The position numbers were made by a program, and so were the translations under genes. Of a DNA stretch of 32,000 nucleotides, positions 11,240 through 20,912 are shown in pieces (the stretch's first letter is position 1; each line of letters opens with the position of its first letter). The stretch is from Amoeboradix gromovi X-113. Its lineage: Eukaryota > Fungi > Sanchytriomycota. The DNA lies in NCBI GenBank assembly GCA_018985225.1, contig JADGIF010000002.1:1-32000 (forward strand). The letters are read 5' to 3'. Under the pieces are notes generated by a model that was not told the DNA's origin, did no database searches, and saw nothing but the letters and a program-made list of their open reading frames with translations.

Positions 11240-14200
11240 TTATTGTTCGTACAAGTTCCTAACCTTGTTTAAATACGCGGATTGTACCCATTCTAATTTA
11301 TGCATCAATATCCTGTTCTCAGGCGTGTTTTTCAGTTTGTAAATAAGTCCACCCATCATCTCCATACTCAGAATCAACTCATTCATCATGTATTCGTATG
11401 GCTTCTCGTCGCTATGATAGTATCCCATATCCACATCCCATCTGTTCTCGGGTCTGTAGATAAGCAGCTGTTCCTTACTCATATCTCCATGTTTAATCAG
11501 ATGCAACTGCTCGCAGTATATCTTGTACAGATACAACAAGTAATCCATTATTCCCATTATGGATTCTCCGATGATGCCCGTGCTATTCATAGTCAGAATC
11601 ATTATTCCGTACTTGATCAACTCAAATGTTGCCATCAATTCTGATTTGTTGTACTTGATTGTGAACCCTCTGCATTCGTTGATACAGTAGTTCATCATTT
11701 TTATTATTACAGCATTGTTATTGGCGATTGAATTGAACAGTATTGTGGAGTCTACATATCCTTGTAATAGCAACAGTTGCAAATACTCAGATACTGCGTA
11801 TATTCCTATTTCCTGGTTATCAAGAAGCTGCATCATTTCATTACAGTTGATATCCATTACGTAGTTGCTTATGTTTGTCAGCAATGGTGTGTACTCATCA
11901 TTAATTGCCATTTTAGCTATTCTATTTACACACTGCAGCTTATAATACACATCTATTACATCGTTATAATCAATCATCAGCAACCTGATACAATTTAGTT
12001 TGTTTATAAGATGTATTGACATTAATGGTATGATTCTATACAGCAAGTATGATCGCGTATTCATGTTAACACTGGGTAACATGTTATTCATTCCCAAATA
12101 CACTAGATAGTGCATGTATATAACGTTGTGCTTATCTATATTGCCCTGAATACCGTCATTAATATATACATCACTGGTCAATGCGCCTTGTTGCTGGTTC
12201 TCAAGGGGGTCATCAGTCTTACTGGTTAGTATACAAGCTTGCACTAGCAGTATATCCTGTTCATTTGATAATGAATTACTGTATGATGTATATAGCTGGG
12301 ACGATATGGGGTTGACTGTCAGTTTAGAAGTGGCTGCTAGCAGAAGAGGACTAGCTAATTGGATTTGGTTCAAGAGTATAATAGTAATTATACGAGTTAG
12401 CTCATCGTTGCTCAGCGTTGAATGATATACATACCAGGACAAACAGTGGATAACAAATTTAGAAGCATTAACGCCAGAGCAGAACCTGGTTGTCTTGATC
12501 AAATTGTTCACTTCAGACATATACCGCTGGACATCGCTGTCTTCTGTAGTTTGTGTATGCAACAGGCGATAGAAGGCATGTGAATCCTCACTATACTGCA
12601 TACGGGGACACTCGCCAGCAAATGGCTGGAGTAAGTCAGCTTGCAGTGTTATAGTGGATTGTATTAGCGCCAATGACTTCAAACCCCATCCGATGCAGAG
12701 ATATTGATAGTAATCGTTTGTGGATTTAACGTTGGCCAGGTGTATCTGATACAACGGACTAGTAATATACCAGGTAGAATTGATAGTTAACACGTGGTAT
12801 AAGATACAGAATATCAATTCTGTATCTTCAGAGTACACTAAAGAGTCATTATCATGAAAATGCAGTAAATTAATCAACGAGTCCACTAAAGTGTTGCAGA
12901 CTGAGTTATTAGATAGAGATTTCATTGATGAATTTTTAAAAAGGGAACAAATCCATTTTAACAGCAAGTTGGATTCGATTTGCAGAGGAATATAAAAAGG
13001 CACAATAGTCAAGCCATCGAAAAGAGACAAATTCAGACTTGAAAGTGCATCAATCGGTTTCAGAGCGCATTCAGAGACCTTGGTAACTTCTGTTGTATAA
13101 GATTCAGGAATCGTAGGCACATCTAAAAACTCACTCATTTGGCAGAGCTTAATGCTATAATCACTAACAGTAGAGTTACCATTCCATTCTAATAGGTATT
13201 CAATGGGAATCCTCGGTTTAATAATACAACCGCTGCAATATGGAATAGATTTATACAGATAGTATACAAACTGGACCGCGTTAGTTAAAGTAGCGGGAAT
13301 ATTGGGATCATAGACCGTTGTACATGTCTGATTGTAACAGTCTGATAGGTTGTCAAGTAGTATGTTCGTGTAATGGTTGTTATTAGTACTAAATACTAGA
13401 AATGCGTGAGAAACTATGTATCCGGGGTGCTTAATGGCAGTAGTAGCGGTGCTACTGGTCGCTGTCTGTAAATACCAACTAGTGGTACACCTATTGAATA
13501 TCTCATATAGCAAAGACGTTATTTCTAAATTATTGAAAGCATTCGTGTCGTAATAGAGCGACAGTAACACCTTTATGATATCAGAGTATTCACTCCATAA
13601 ATGTATGGGATATTTGAAAAGATGATTAATCAGCTTTAGAAGTGCAACTGGGTTATTAGAGATGGAATCAACAGTTTTGGTATCTACTAGATGGAATAAT
13701 ATGGATTTATAGTTATTCATAGTAGTTTTTTTCAACAAACAAGCATAAAGAGTGTTTTTAAACTGGTTTGTAAACGGCAATAGGGAGTATTTGATAATTA
13801 TAGAAACAAACTCATCATCAGAAGTAGAATGTAGGTTGCACAAGAGTATAATCATTGGCGGAACTAATAAAATGTCCAATTCACCCAGTGATTGTTTGTT
13901 ACACACATAGTCATACATTGAGATTAAATTAAACTGGTTGCTAACTAAGACCTCGTTAGACAATAGAGAATGGAGATTAGTGTGATATGATAATGCTGCT
14001 AGCAAATTGAGGTATGGGACTGTAGAGGGGGAGTTAATAGGTAAATGGGTCAAGGATTGAAGAAGATATTGGGATTTAACAGAGTCAAACAAGAAAAGTT
14101 TGTCAGAGGTATTTGAGATATGATTAAGAATAGAAAGCAGATGATTGCATTGTTCTTGGTTGATTTTTATTAATTTGTAATAATTATTAATTACATTTTT

Positions 14201-15034
14201 AAATACTAACTGGAGGATGGAATTATAAAGAGAATTAAAAAGAGTAGTAGTGGTGTATTCCTTTTTGTAATCAATAACTTGCTTAATACGAGATAATGGA
14301 TCTGAATGATTAGTAGGAGGATTAGTTAAGAAATGATTAAATTGGGTAAAAGAGGGTAGTTCTGATGGTTCAATAGATAAAACAACCTTTAGTATAGATT
14401 TTAGAGACTTAGTATCTTGATTACTTGGGATAGAGTTGATTATAGTCGCCATTGATTGAAATTGAGTGGTTTTGGATTCTAGTATCCAGTGGAACAAAAC
14501 GTAAAGCAAAGGGTTAGCCATGGATGAGTAATCACTGATCTTCGATATCCAGGAATGCAATTGATCATCAGATGGAGAATACGATGATTGCAACAAAATT
14601 ATGGATATGCGATCCATTTGATCTAGCTGAAATTCAATATACTTGAATATAATAGATTTATCCCATTGCACAGCATGCTGGTCCAAAGTTAGCATGAAAA
14701 AGTAAACATGATCAAATAGTGTAATGTATGTGTTGACAAGAACATTTAACAATGAGGACTTGCACTTTGGAGGATCGATAGATAGTAGATACTGTGATGA
14801 CTGTTTGTAATACTCATTGATTAGGTGTTCTACCTCAGCTTTAGGAATATATTTTTGACCATTGAACGCAACAATGGTAACATCTTTAACAGGAATATTA
14901 AGACTCTCGATATGAAGAACACTGGTGTACTGATCAACAGGTGGAACATCATTCTGCTGGTTAATTATTTTGCCATTAAGCAAGTTTTGATGATATGATA
15001 AAAATTTCTCAAAGTGCAGCTGAATCAACGACAT
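11240..15034 (-). CDS. Large alpha-helical protein (~1264 aa from ATG 15034), possibly a divergent nucleoporin Nup192/Nup205
   Basis: Uninterrupted 3.8-kb ORF with Leu/Ile-rich helical composition. Three short motifs occur in the order I recall for Nup205: VPYLNLLAALS, KHPGYIV, GWGLKSLAL. The CDS is secure; the product call is tentative. Confidence 0.45.
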   Translation of the reverse strand: MSLIQLHFEKFLSYHQNLLNGKIINQQNDVPPVDQYTSVLHIESLNIPVKDVTIVAFNGQKYIPKAEVEHLINEYYKQSSQYLLSIDPPKCKSSLLNVLVNTYITLFDHVYFFMLTLDQHAVQWDKSIIFKYIEFQLDQMDRISIILLQSSYSPSDDQLHSWISKISDYSSMANPLLYVLFHWILESKTTQFQSMATIINSIPSNQDTKSLKSILKVVLSIEPSELPSFTQFNHFLTNPPTNHSDPLSRIKQVIDYKKEYTTTTLFNSLYNSILQLVFKNVINNYYKLIKINQEQCNHLLSILNHISNTSDKLFLFDSVKSQYLLQSLTHLPINSPSTVPYLNLLAALSYHTNLHSLLSNEVLVSNQFNLISMYDYVCNKQSLGELDILLVPPMIILLCNLHSTSDDEFVSIIIKYSLLPFTNQFKNTLYACLLKKTTMNNYKSILFHLVDTKTVDSISNNPVALLKLINHLFKYPIHLWSEYSDIIKVLLSLYYDTNAFNNLEITSLLYEIFNRCTTSWYLQTATSSTATTAIKHPGYIVSHAFLVFSTNNNHYTNILLDNLSDCYNQTCTTVYDPNIPATLTNAVQFVYYLYKSIPYCSGCIIKPRIPIEYLLEWNGNSTVSDYSIKLCQMSEFLDVPTIPESYTTEVTKVSECALKPIDALSSLNLSLFDGLTIVPFYIPLQIESNLLLKWICSLFKNSSMKSLSNNSVCNTLVDSLINLLHFHDNDSLVYSEDTELIFCILYHVLTINSTWYITSPLYQIHLANVKSTNDYYQYLCIGWGLKSLALIQSTITLQADLLQPFAGECPRMQYSEDSHAFYRLLHTQTTEDSDVQRYMSEVNNLIKTTRFCSGVNASKFVIHCLSWYVYHSTLSNDELTRIITIILLNQIQLASPLLLAATSKLTVNPISSQLYTSYSNSLSNEQDILLVQACILTSKTDDPLENQQQGALTSDVYINDGIQGNIDKHNVIYMHYLVYLGMNNMLPSVNMNTRSYLLYRIIPLMSIHLINKLNCIRLLMIDYNDVIDVYYKLQCVNRIAKMAINDEYTPLLTNISNYVMDINCNEMMQLLDNQEIGIYAVSEYLQLLLLQGYVDSTILFNSIANNNAVIIKMMNYCINECRGFTIKYNKSELMATFELIKYGIMILTMNSTGIIGESIMGIMDYLLYLYKIYCEQLHLIKHGDMSKEQLLIYRPENRWDVDMGYYHSDEKPYEYMMNELILSMEMMGGLIYKLKNTPENRILMHKLEWVQSAYLNKVRNLYEQ

Positions 15035-15404
15035 TTGTAACAAGGATACGATTTTATAAAAAATAATGTTTGCAAATAATTAATTAAATTAATGGTCGTC
15101 AATGCTGATTTTTTTCGTAAAAGCAAACATTTCTAAAACTAAGTTGAATAACTAACAGTCGGTCTCTACAATGAACTTGTCTAAGATATTGGACGGGTAA
15201 TAAGATTGGTATATATTATAGCCGTGTTTTTTGATCGAGATTCGGACACCTAATCACTCAATATACCGTCTTTTTTGGAATCTCTTTAATTGCGCTAGCC
15301 TGCTTTTCACATTGGGCATTTCTGAGTGAATCTGTCTTCGAGAACGAAAGATTGAAATGCTAATAAATTTGTTGATAAGATTAATTGCCTTTATTAATAT
15401 CATA

Positions 15405-18400
15405 TTATGCTAATTCAATAGACTGTACCACAGTATAATCTTTTTTAGTATACTTTCTTATTGCTAGTTTTATTACTTCACTCAGAAACAACTGCACTAT
15501 AACACAAATTCCAATCTTTAACCACGCGTATCCATCGATCGGTACCAATGTTAGAAATGTATTCAACACTGGTACATATATTCCCATGATCATTAATGCA
15601 AAACTCAGTCCAAATGCAAAAAGCATCCATTTATTACTTGTAATTCCGCTTTTAAACACGCTTTTGCTGGTGGACTTGCTCAAAAATGATTGAACCAATT
15701 GCATGGTAGTTAAACTCGAAAATGCTATAGTTTGGCTGACTGATTGTTGTAGTCCTTCAATTTTTAGACTATACAAGTAGACAGTAAAAGTTATACTACT
15801 CAGCATTATACCTTGTACAAGTATAGTTACTATAACATGTTTTTGCAACACGTGGCTAGTAGGATTTCTAGGTTTTCTGTTCATGATTCCAAATTCTACA
15901 GGTTCTATTCCCAATGACATTGCAGGTGGGATGTCTGCTATGATGTTCGCCCACAAGGTACTATTGGTAGTGTATGGCAATGTTACATTTATAACAGCAC
16001 TCATCAATATTAAGAAGATCTCTGCTGAGTTGCAGCTTAATAAATAGATAATAAATTTCAGTATGTTATCGAAAACCCGCCTGCCCTCTTCTATGGCAAC
16101 TACGATAGTGTTAAAATCATCATTAGCTAAAATAACATCAGCTGCCTGTTTGGTAATCTCAGTCCCACTTATACCCATACAGATACCCACATCTGCTTGC
16201 TTTATAGCACTTGCATCATTTACACCATCACCAGTCATAGCCACTATAGCCCCCTTGGATTGCAATGCTCTCACTATCCTTAACTTATGCTCGGGTGTAG
16301 TTCTAGCGAATATTGATGGAAATGGTTCTAACTTTATCAATTCATCATCTTTTAATGATTCTACATCAATTCCTCTCATTCCTCTTCCTTTTATACCCAA
16401 CTCATTAGCTATAGCCATAGCCGTATTAATATGATCTCCAGTTATCATTATGACTTCAATACCACCAGAATGACAGGTGCTTATACTTTGCTTAACTCCG
16501 TTCTTTGGAGGGTCTATCAACCCGCAAAATCCCACGAATGTTAATTCTGACTCAATCGAAGATAGTTCTGTCTCATTTGTTACGTTGTCTAATATTCTTA
16601 CGGCAAATCCCAAGACTCTTAGCCCTCTGCTAGCCATGTTGTTAGAGTTCTCAATCCACTTTAATTTCATTTCGCTAGTTAACTCAATAGACCTGCTTAC
16701 TAACCTAGTTAGGTCATTGGCTGAAGTTAAACTAGACAAATCTAAAAATGCACTGCTATTTATAACGTGTGTGCATTTACTCAGTATGCCTTCTGGTGCT
16801 CCTTTAACCAATAATACATTGTCATAAAGCGTACTCATTAGTTTCCGATCACTATCAAACGGATACTCTTTTGACTTGTTAAAGCCAAGATCTCTAAACC
16901 AATTATTCGGTAATTTAAGCTTGCTACTAGTTGCCATTAACGGTATTTCTGTAGCATCACCAATCCCGACAAATTGTTTAGTATCCTTGTCTTGCACTAT
17001 AGAAGATGTGCTATTACAGGACATTACGAAAGAGGCTAGCAAGACGGACTCATCTGTTGCCTCACCGACGTTCAGCGGGGTGCGTTTACCGCTTTTAAGT
17101 AATTCAACACTTATGGACCCGTTGGCGTCCATTGAATACTGCTCGATTTTGTCATCCGCTGGGTTAATGCTAGTGTTCATAAATTGAATTATTCGGCTAG
17201 GCGTGACTAGTAGTTGCAAGCCCATTTTACCAACAGTTAGAGTACCGGTCTTGTCTGTGCAGATACATGTCAGGCTACCTAGAGTTTCCACAATCGGTAG
17301 TTTACGAACTATAGCATTCCTGTTTGCCATTCTACTGACACCTAATGCCATCGTAACCGTGACTACTGCCACTAATCCCTCCGGTATAGCGCTAATGGCT
17401 AAAACCATACCGAATTTTATCACCTCCTCTATTTTGTTACCCCAGCTAATTCCAATGACAATAAATAACGCGCATAACGAAATGGCTAGTGCAGCCAATA
17501 CCATACCTAGTCTACCAAGTTTAACTTGAATAGGACTAGGTGGCTGCTTGGCTGTGTTAATAGCATTACTAATTCTTCCCATCTCTGTATATATGCTAGT
17601 ACGGGTGCATAAGATAGTAGCAGAGCCTTTGGCTACCAGAGTCATCATAAACACGTTATTGTGACATTCATTAACAGGAACACGCTGTTTATTATTCCGA
17701 ATAGCTTCAATGCTCTTCGCTATAGGAAGCGATTCACCAGTTAAAATAGACTCATCTACTTGAATGTTATTACAGACTATAACACGTCCATCAGCAGGTA
17801 TTAGATCGCCTTCGTTTAACAGAAATATATCACCAGGCACAATTTCATTTGCGTTTATTTCACTTTGTATCTTATTTCTGAACACAATGCATTTTGTAGA
17901 CTGCTGGTTGGTTAGAGCCAGCATTGCACGATTAGCCTTAACCTCTTGAACAAAACCAATTATGACATTTAGTACAACAACAGCAAACAATATGGAAGCA
18001 GCGTCCCACGACTGCAAGGATGCCTCGATTATAATAACGACAATCAGTAGAAGAACCATAAAATCTTTGAATTGACTAATAAACATGCTAAAAAGAGACG
18101 GCTTAGGAGGAGCAGGAAGAATATTGGGACCATAGAACGATAAGTGCTGAGAGTATTGATTTGCACTTAATCCAGTGTCTTGTGAAATATTATACATTGT
18201 AAGCAATCTGTCTACGCTTTTGTCTGTATACAAAAGCTGAGGCGGAAGGATGCTCATTGGTGGTAAAGAAGTGATTTGCAATATTTCAGATTCTTTTAGC
18301 AAGTTGAAATCAGGTAACAGATCATTAGGATTAATGTTAGGTAGCAATTGAATTTGCTGTAAAACGTAAACAACTTGGGGACGAAAGGCTTCCAGCCTAG

Positions 18401-18830
18401 ATTGAAGATGTAATTTTTTTGTGAGAAAAGGTAAGTTGACTTCAGAGATTGCTTGAAGAAAGTTTGGAAACTTACAAAAGTAAGTGAAGACAAGGAATGC
18501 ATCATCGTATTGCTTAATATAGTCCAATAATGACTCTAAAAGACGGTGACATATATCTAAATTGAGATTATTTAATAAGGGTAGCCTGTAGTTTGCTACA
18601 TAAAGTAATCCAATAAAGACTATAGCAGGGTCTATTTTATCTACCAGGTCCATTAAATGAATATCAATTTGCATCTCAACAGATTCTTGGCCATCTGGTT
18701 TAGGGACAGATTCGGATTTATGATTCTGGGAGGATTGCAAGTGGGACATACTCGATGAAAACCAGAGAAACTTTCCAAAACAAGTTTCAAAAAAATGATA
18801 ACAGCTCGATTGTTTTATTGAATATATCAT
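15405..18830 (-). CDS. Type II P-type cation ATPase (Ca2+/Mn2+ PMR1/SPCA-like by its M4-M6 residues); start may be the ATG at 18749
   Basis: DESILTGES, IPEGL, CTDKTGTLT phosphorylation site, FDSDRKLMS, KGAPE, DPPK, MITGD, TGDGVND; M5 LLSCNSAE, M6 WANIIADIPPA. Confidence 0.93.
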   Translation of the reverse strand: MIYSIKQSSCYHFFETCFGKFLWFSSSMSHLQSSQNHKSESVPKPDGQESVEMQIDIHLMDLVDKIDPAIVFIGLLYVANYRLPLLNNLNLDICHRLLESLLDYIKQYDDAFLVFTYFCKFPNFLQAISEVNLPFLTKKLHLQSRLEAFRPQVVYVLQQIQLLPNINPNDLLPDFNLLKESEILQITSLPPMSILPPQLLYTDKSVDRLLTMYNISQDTGLSANQYSQHLSFYGPNILPAPPKPSLFSMFISQFKDFMVLLLIVVIIIEASLQSWDAASILFAVVVLNVIIGFVQEVKANRAMLALTNQQSTKCIVFRNKIQSEINANEIVPGDIFLLNEGDLIPADGRVIVCNNIQVDESILTGESLPIAKSIEAIRNNKQRVPVNECHNNVFMMTLVAKGSATILCTRTSIYTEMGRISNAINTAKQPPSPIQVKLGRLGMVLAALAISLCALFIVIGISWGNKIEEVIKFGMVLAISAIPEGLVAVVTVTMALGVSRMANRNAIVRKLPIVETLGSLTCICTDKTGTLTVGKMGLQLLVTPSRIIQFMNTSINPADDKIEQYSMDANGSISVELLKSGKRTPLNVGEATDESVLLASFVMSCNSTSSIVQDKDTKQFVGIGDATEIPLMATSSKLKLPNNWFRDLGFNKSKEYPFDSDRKLMSTLYDNVLLVKGAPEGILSKCTHVINSSAFLDLSSLTSANDLTRLVSRSIELTSEMKLKWIENSNNMASRGLRVLGFAVRILDNVTNETELSSIESELTFVGFCGLIDPPKNGVKQSISTCHSGGIEVIMITGDHINTAMAIANELGIKGRGMRGIDVESLKDDELIKLEPFPSIFARTTPEHKLRIVRALQSKGAIVAMTGDGVNDASAIKQADVGICMGISGTEITKQAADVILANDDFNTIVVAIEEGRRVFDNILKFIIYLLSCNSAEIFLILMSAVINVTLPYTTNSTLWANIIADIPPAMSLGIEPVEFGIMNRKPRNPTSHVLQKHVIVTILVQGIMLSSITFTVYLYSLKIEGLQQSVSQTIAFSSLTTMQLVQSFLSKSTSKSVFKSGITSNKWMLFAFGLSFALMIMGIYVPVLNTFLTLVPIDGYAWLKIGICVIVQLFLSEVIKLAIRKYTKKDYTVVQSIELA

Positions 18831-18849
18831 TTATCGCGAATTTATATGC

Positions 18850-18874
18850 AATTTTGTATAATTTTGTATAATTT
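18850..18874 (+). repeat. Tandem 10-mer AATTTTGTAT x2.5; candidate IS607 left-end TnpA-binding repeats
   Basis: The repeat is seen directly, ~65 bp upstream of the TnpA-like ATG. Its function is inferred from known IS607 end organisation. Confidence 0.5.
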
Positions 18875-18937
18875 CATGACTTTTCCAGATTTTTCTAATA
18901 GCTTACACTCGATATTCTTTATCTTCGCAAATACTAA

Positions 18938-19042
18938 ATGGAATCTAAAGAAATAACTAATAGGTGTAGTATACATTCATCAACACCGAGGAACTGGTCT
19001 AAACATGGAAGAGTTAGATGTCTTTCAATGCCTACACAGTGA
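18938..19042 (+). pseudogene. tnpA: IS607 TnpA (serine recombinase) N-terminal MerR-like HTH remnant
   Basis: MESKEITNRCSIHSSTPRNWSKHGRVRCLSMPTQ* resembles the 'KE....GVH.STLRNW...GKIRC...PGG' start of IS607 TnpA. The catalytic domain is missing. Confidence 0.65.
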
Positions 19043-19045
19043 TAT

Positions 19046-19230
19046 CTGCACAATTTATTTAAGGAACGCTTGAAGTTCAAGTGTAAACAAAGAGGAAAGA
19101 CGATAATCGAATGTAATGAATCATTTACTAGTCAGACATGTACAAGGCTTACACCTGTACAAAGTGTCATTTGGAGATAAATAGAGACCATTTGCAGCAA
19201 GGAACATATACATCAAATATATGTATCCTT
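19046..19230 (+). pseudogene. Fanzor2/TnpB C-terminal remnant (RuvC-II, Zn finger, RuvC-III), frameshifted
   Basis: LHNLFKERLKFKCKQRGKTIIECNESFTSQTCTR, then after frameshifts YTCTKCHLEINRDH and FAARNIYIKY. Confidence 0.85.
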
Positions 19231-19355
19231 ATTCAATCCCGCCTCAGGGTAATGCAAGCGTGAGCAATCATTGTAACGGAGAAACTAGCATTAGTTTCTC
19301 TGTAGAAATTCTCGATTTTCTCGGAAATCAGGAATTTTAACGAGGTTTGGATCGC
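19230..19355 (+). ncRNA. Putative Fanzor2 omegaRNA scaffold
   Basis: Lies directly 3' of the RuvC-III remnant. Hairpins AGAAACTA-gcat-TAGTTTCT and AATTCtcGATTTT-ctcg-GAAATCagGAATT. Confidence 0.5.
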
Positions 19356-19356
19356 T

Positions 19357-19840
19357 TGGGACAGCAAATATAAAAACTAGACTAACTCGTTTTTAAAGGT
19401 GCTCCATACGGGGGATATACTATTATTAATAAAAGACCTTCTTTCAAACCAATTTTCTTTCATTACTTTCAATACCCTCTTCAAAATAAAACTAGAAGAC
19501 CTGCATCTCGTTCAAATATATGAGGTCTTTGAGCATCTTAGCAAAAGGTGCATTTTCTTAGACGGTACTCTTTTCTAGAGTCATTTTGTAATCTTATACT
19601 AACATCATTACTCTTGTCTATTATAGTATTTACAGAGTAATAGTGATACTCTATTTGAAATAAAGATTGGATGAAAGAGTAAGAGAATAGCTGTACAGAA
19701 TATTTATTTTCCTTTATACTCGTCAACTCCGCAACTAGCTGAATGTCTACTCGCCTCTTGAATCCATAAAATTAATAAAGCTGAAATAATGTTCCAAGTC
19801 GTTACAGAAAGTTAGTCCAGTTTTTATATTTGATGTCTCG
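19357..19840 (-). mobile_element. 484-bp non-autonomous TIR element (31-bp TIRs) with a probable Fanzor C-terminal relic
   Basis: TIRs 19357-19387 and 19810-19840 match at 27/31. A second copy of one end lies at 2-80. The minus strand at ~19499-19576 reads RKEYRLRKCTFC*DAQRPHIFERDAG (CxxC...RD). Confidence 0.75.
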
Positions 19841-20079
19841 AATGTTGATATAAAATCCTAAAAGAGAGTCCACTGGAGCCAGATGGCATACTTAATTACC
19901 AATGGCTTATTGAATTCAGACTTATAGCTATTTAGAGCATCTAGTTTAGTTTATATCTGTCGTTTACATTGAACAGAACATGAAAACAAAGACCATAAGC
20001 CTGAAAAGGATGTAGCACGAAATCCAGACTGCTTTCAAGGCCTCCTAGCTTGTTATATTCATACGTGGTTGAGGTTTTA

Positions 20080-20219
20080 CACCATTGAAGATTTGAGATG
20101 TTTAAAAAGTTAACCTTTTTGACATTTCAAATCTTCGACAGTTGAGGCTATGCATCCTCTGTAAATCTTGGGTTTGTGATACCGACATAGAATCACTGAA
20201 ATAGCTTTATAAGAAGCTA
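20080..20219 (-). ncRNA. Putative Fanzor1 omegaRNA scaffold
   Basis: Lies between the Fanzor1 stop and the right end. Hairpins TAGCTT/AAGCTA, GTGAT/ATCAC, GAGG/CCTC and a long stem GAAGATTTGAAATGT..ACATCTCAAATCTTC. Confidence 0.65.
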
Positions 20220-20912
20220 CTGAGCTCTTTGGAGATATACTGGTCTAGCCAATCCACTGATGGCTCTCTTTGCTATCTTCCAGATATTGCTAGCAGCGTT
20301 CACATCTCTGTTCCACAGCCTTGAACAAGTACTACACTTGACAAGACCATGGCGCAGGAGGCGTCCATCCCTATAAGGCCTAGGGTTGTCACACTCTCTG
20401 AATGTCGAGCAGACTCCATGCTCACTAGCCTTGATGACTTCTATCTGGTCCTTGTGATGCACCACATTGACGAACCGCTTGACATATTAGCAGAAGTGCT
20501 GCTTGATGTTGTTTTCGTACATAGTGATAACGCCGATCGCCATGTAGTCCAGCACTGAGTTGAAATGGTGGTAGTTCATGTTATCTACCACCAGTGGGTC
20601 ATAGTGCTCCTGTTAGAACTCTGTGAGCTTTGCTTTCAGCTCTTGAGTCTCAGCCTTCAGAGATCTTCATCTATTCTCTGTTTTCTCGCAAAGAATCTTC
20701 ATGACCGCGTTGACAAAAGGCTTATTGATAGTAGGGAGAGCATCCTGAGCATCAGAGCAGTGGATCAAATACAGCTTCAGGAACTGCAAGCTGTGAGTCA
20801 CAATTCTGTTAGTAAGTAGAGCTGCATTGGTAAGCTTCTCAATGACGGCTTCATTCTTGACTACACTCTTGAGGCTAGTCTTTACACACTGAAAGAAATG
20901 CTTATCTTCCAT
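20217..20912 (-). pseudogene. Fanzor1 RNA-guided endonuclease pseudogene with three nonsense codons and a large in-frame internal deletion
   Basis: A single frame runs from ATG 20912: CVKTSLKSVV..NRIVTHSLQFLKLYL..YENNIKQHF.YVKRFVN, joined near 20420 to HGLVKCSTCSRLWNRDVNAASNIWKIA..RPVYLQR. Stops lie at 20667, 20613 and 20487. RuvC-I and RuvC-II are absent. Confidence 0.9.

Larger units (their letters stand above)
18850..19355 (+). mobile_element. Internally deleted IS607-like element (TnpA remnant + Fanzor2/TnpB remnant + putative omegaRNA); boundaries approximate
   Basis: Short direct repeats at the left, then a TnpA-like HTH start, a TnpB-like C-terminus and a hairpin-rich 3' region. This is the canonical IS607 order. 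Confidence 0.75.

Noticed and set aside
15171-15363. Possible small + strand membrane-protein gene with a 25-nt intron (15197-15221)
   Set aside because: The spliced frame contains a TGA at 15232 and I recognise no homologue; it needs RNA-seq evidence.
16063-17949. Series of + strand ORFs
   Set aside because: Antisense shadows of the P-type ATPase.
2-19436. A single 19-kb composite transposon bounded by the inverted copies at 2-80 and 19356-19436
   Set aside because: The termini face inward toward the intervening genes, meaning each element body extends away from them. The enclosed genes are mostly housekeeping, so these are two independent insertions.
19860-20070. PDGILNYQWLIEFR fragment suggestive of a PD-(D/E)xK nuclease relic
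   Set aside because: Too short and unsupported by flanking sequence.
20487-20669. In-frame TAA/TGA in Fanzor1 as evidence of stop-codon reassignment (TAR=Gln code)
   Set aside because: Host genes terminate with TAA and multi-kb ORFs contain no in-frame TAR. The stops are one substitution from plausible GGA/TAC/GAA codons, consistent with ordinary decay.
20349-20819. + strand ORFs of 69 and 84 aa
   Set aside because: Antisense to the Fanzor1 pseudogene.
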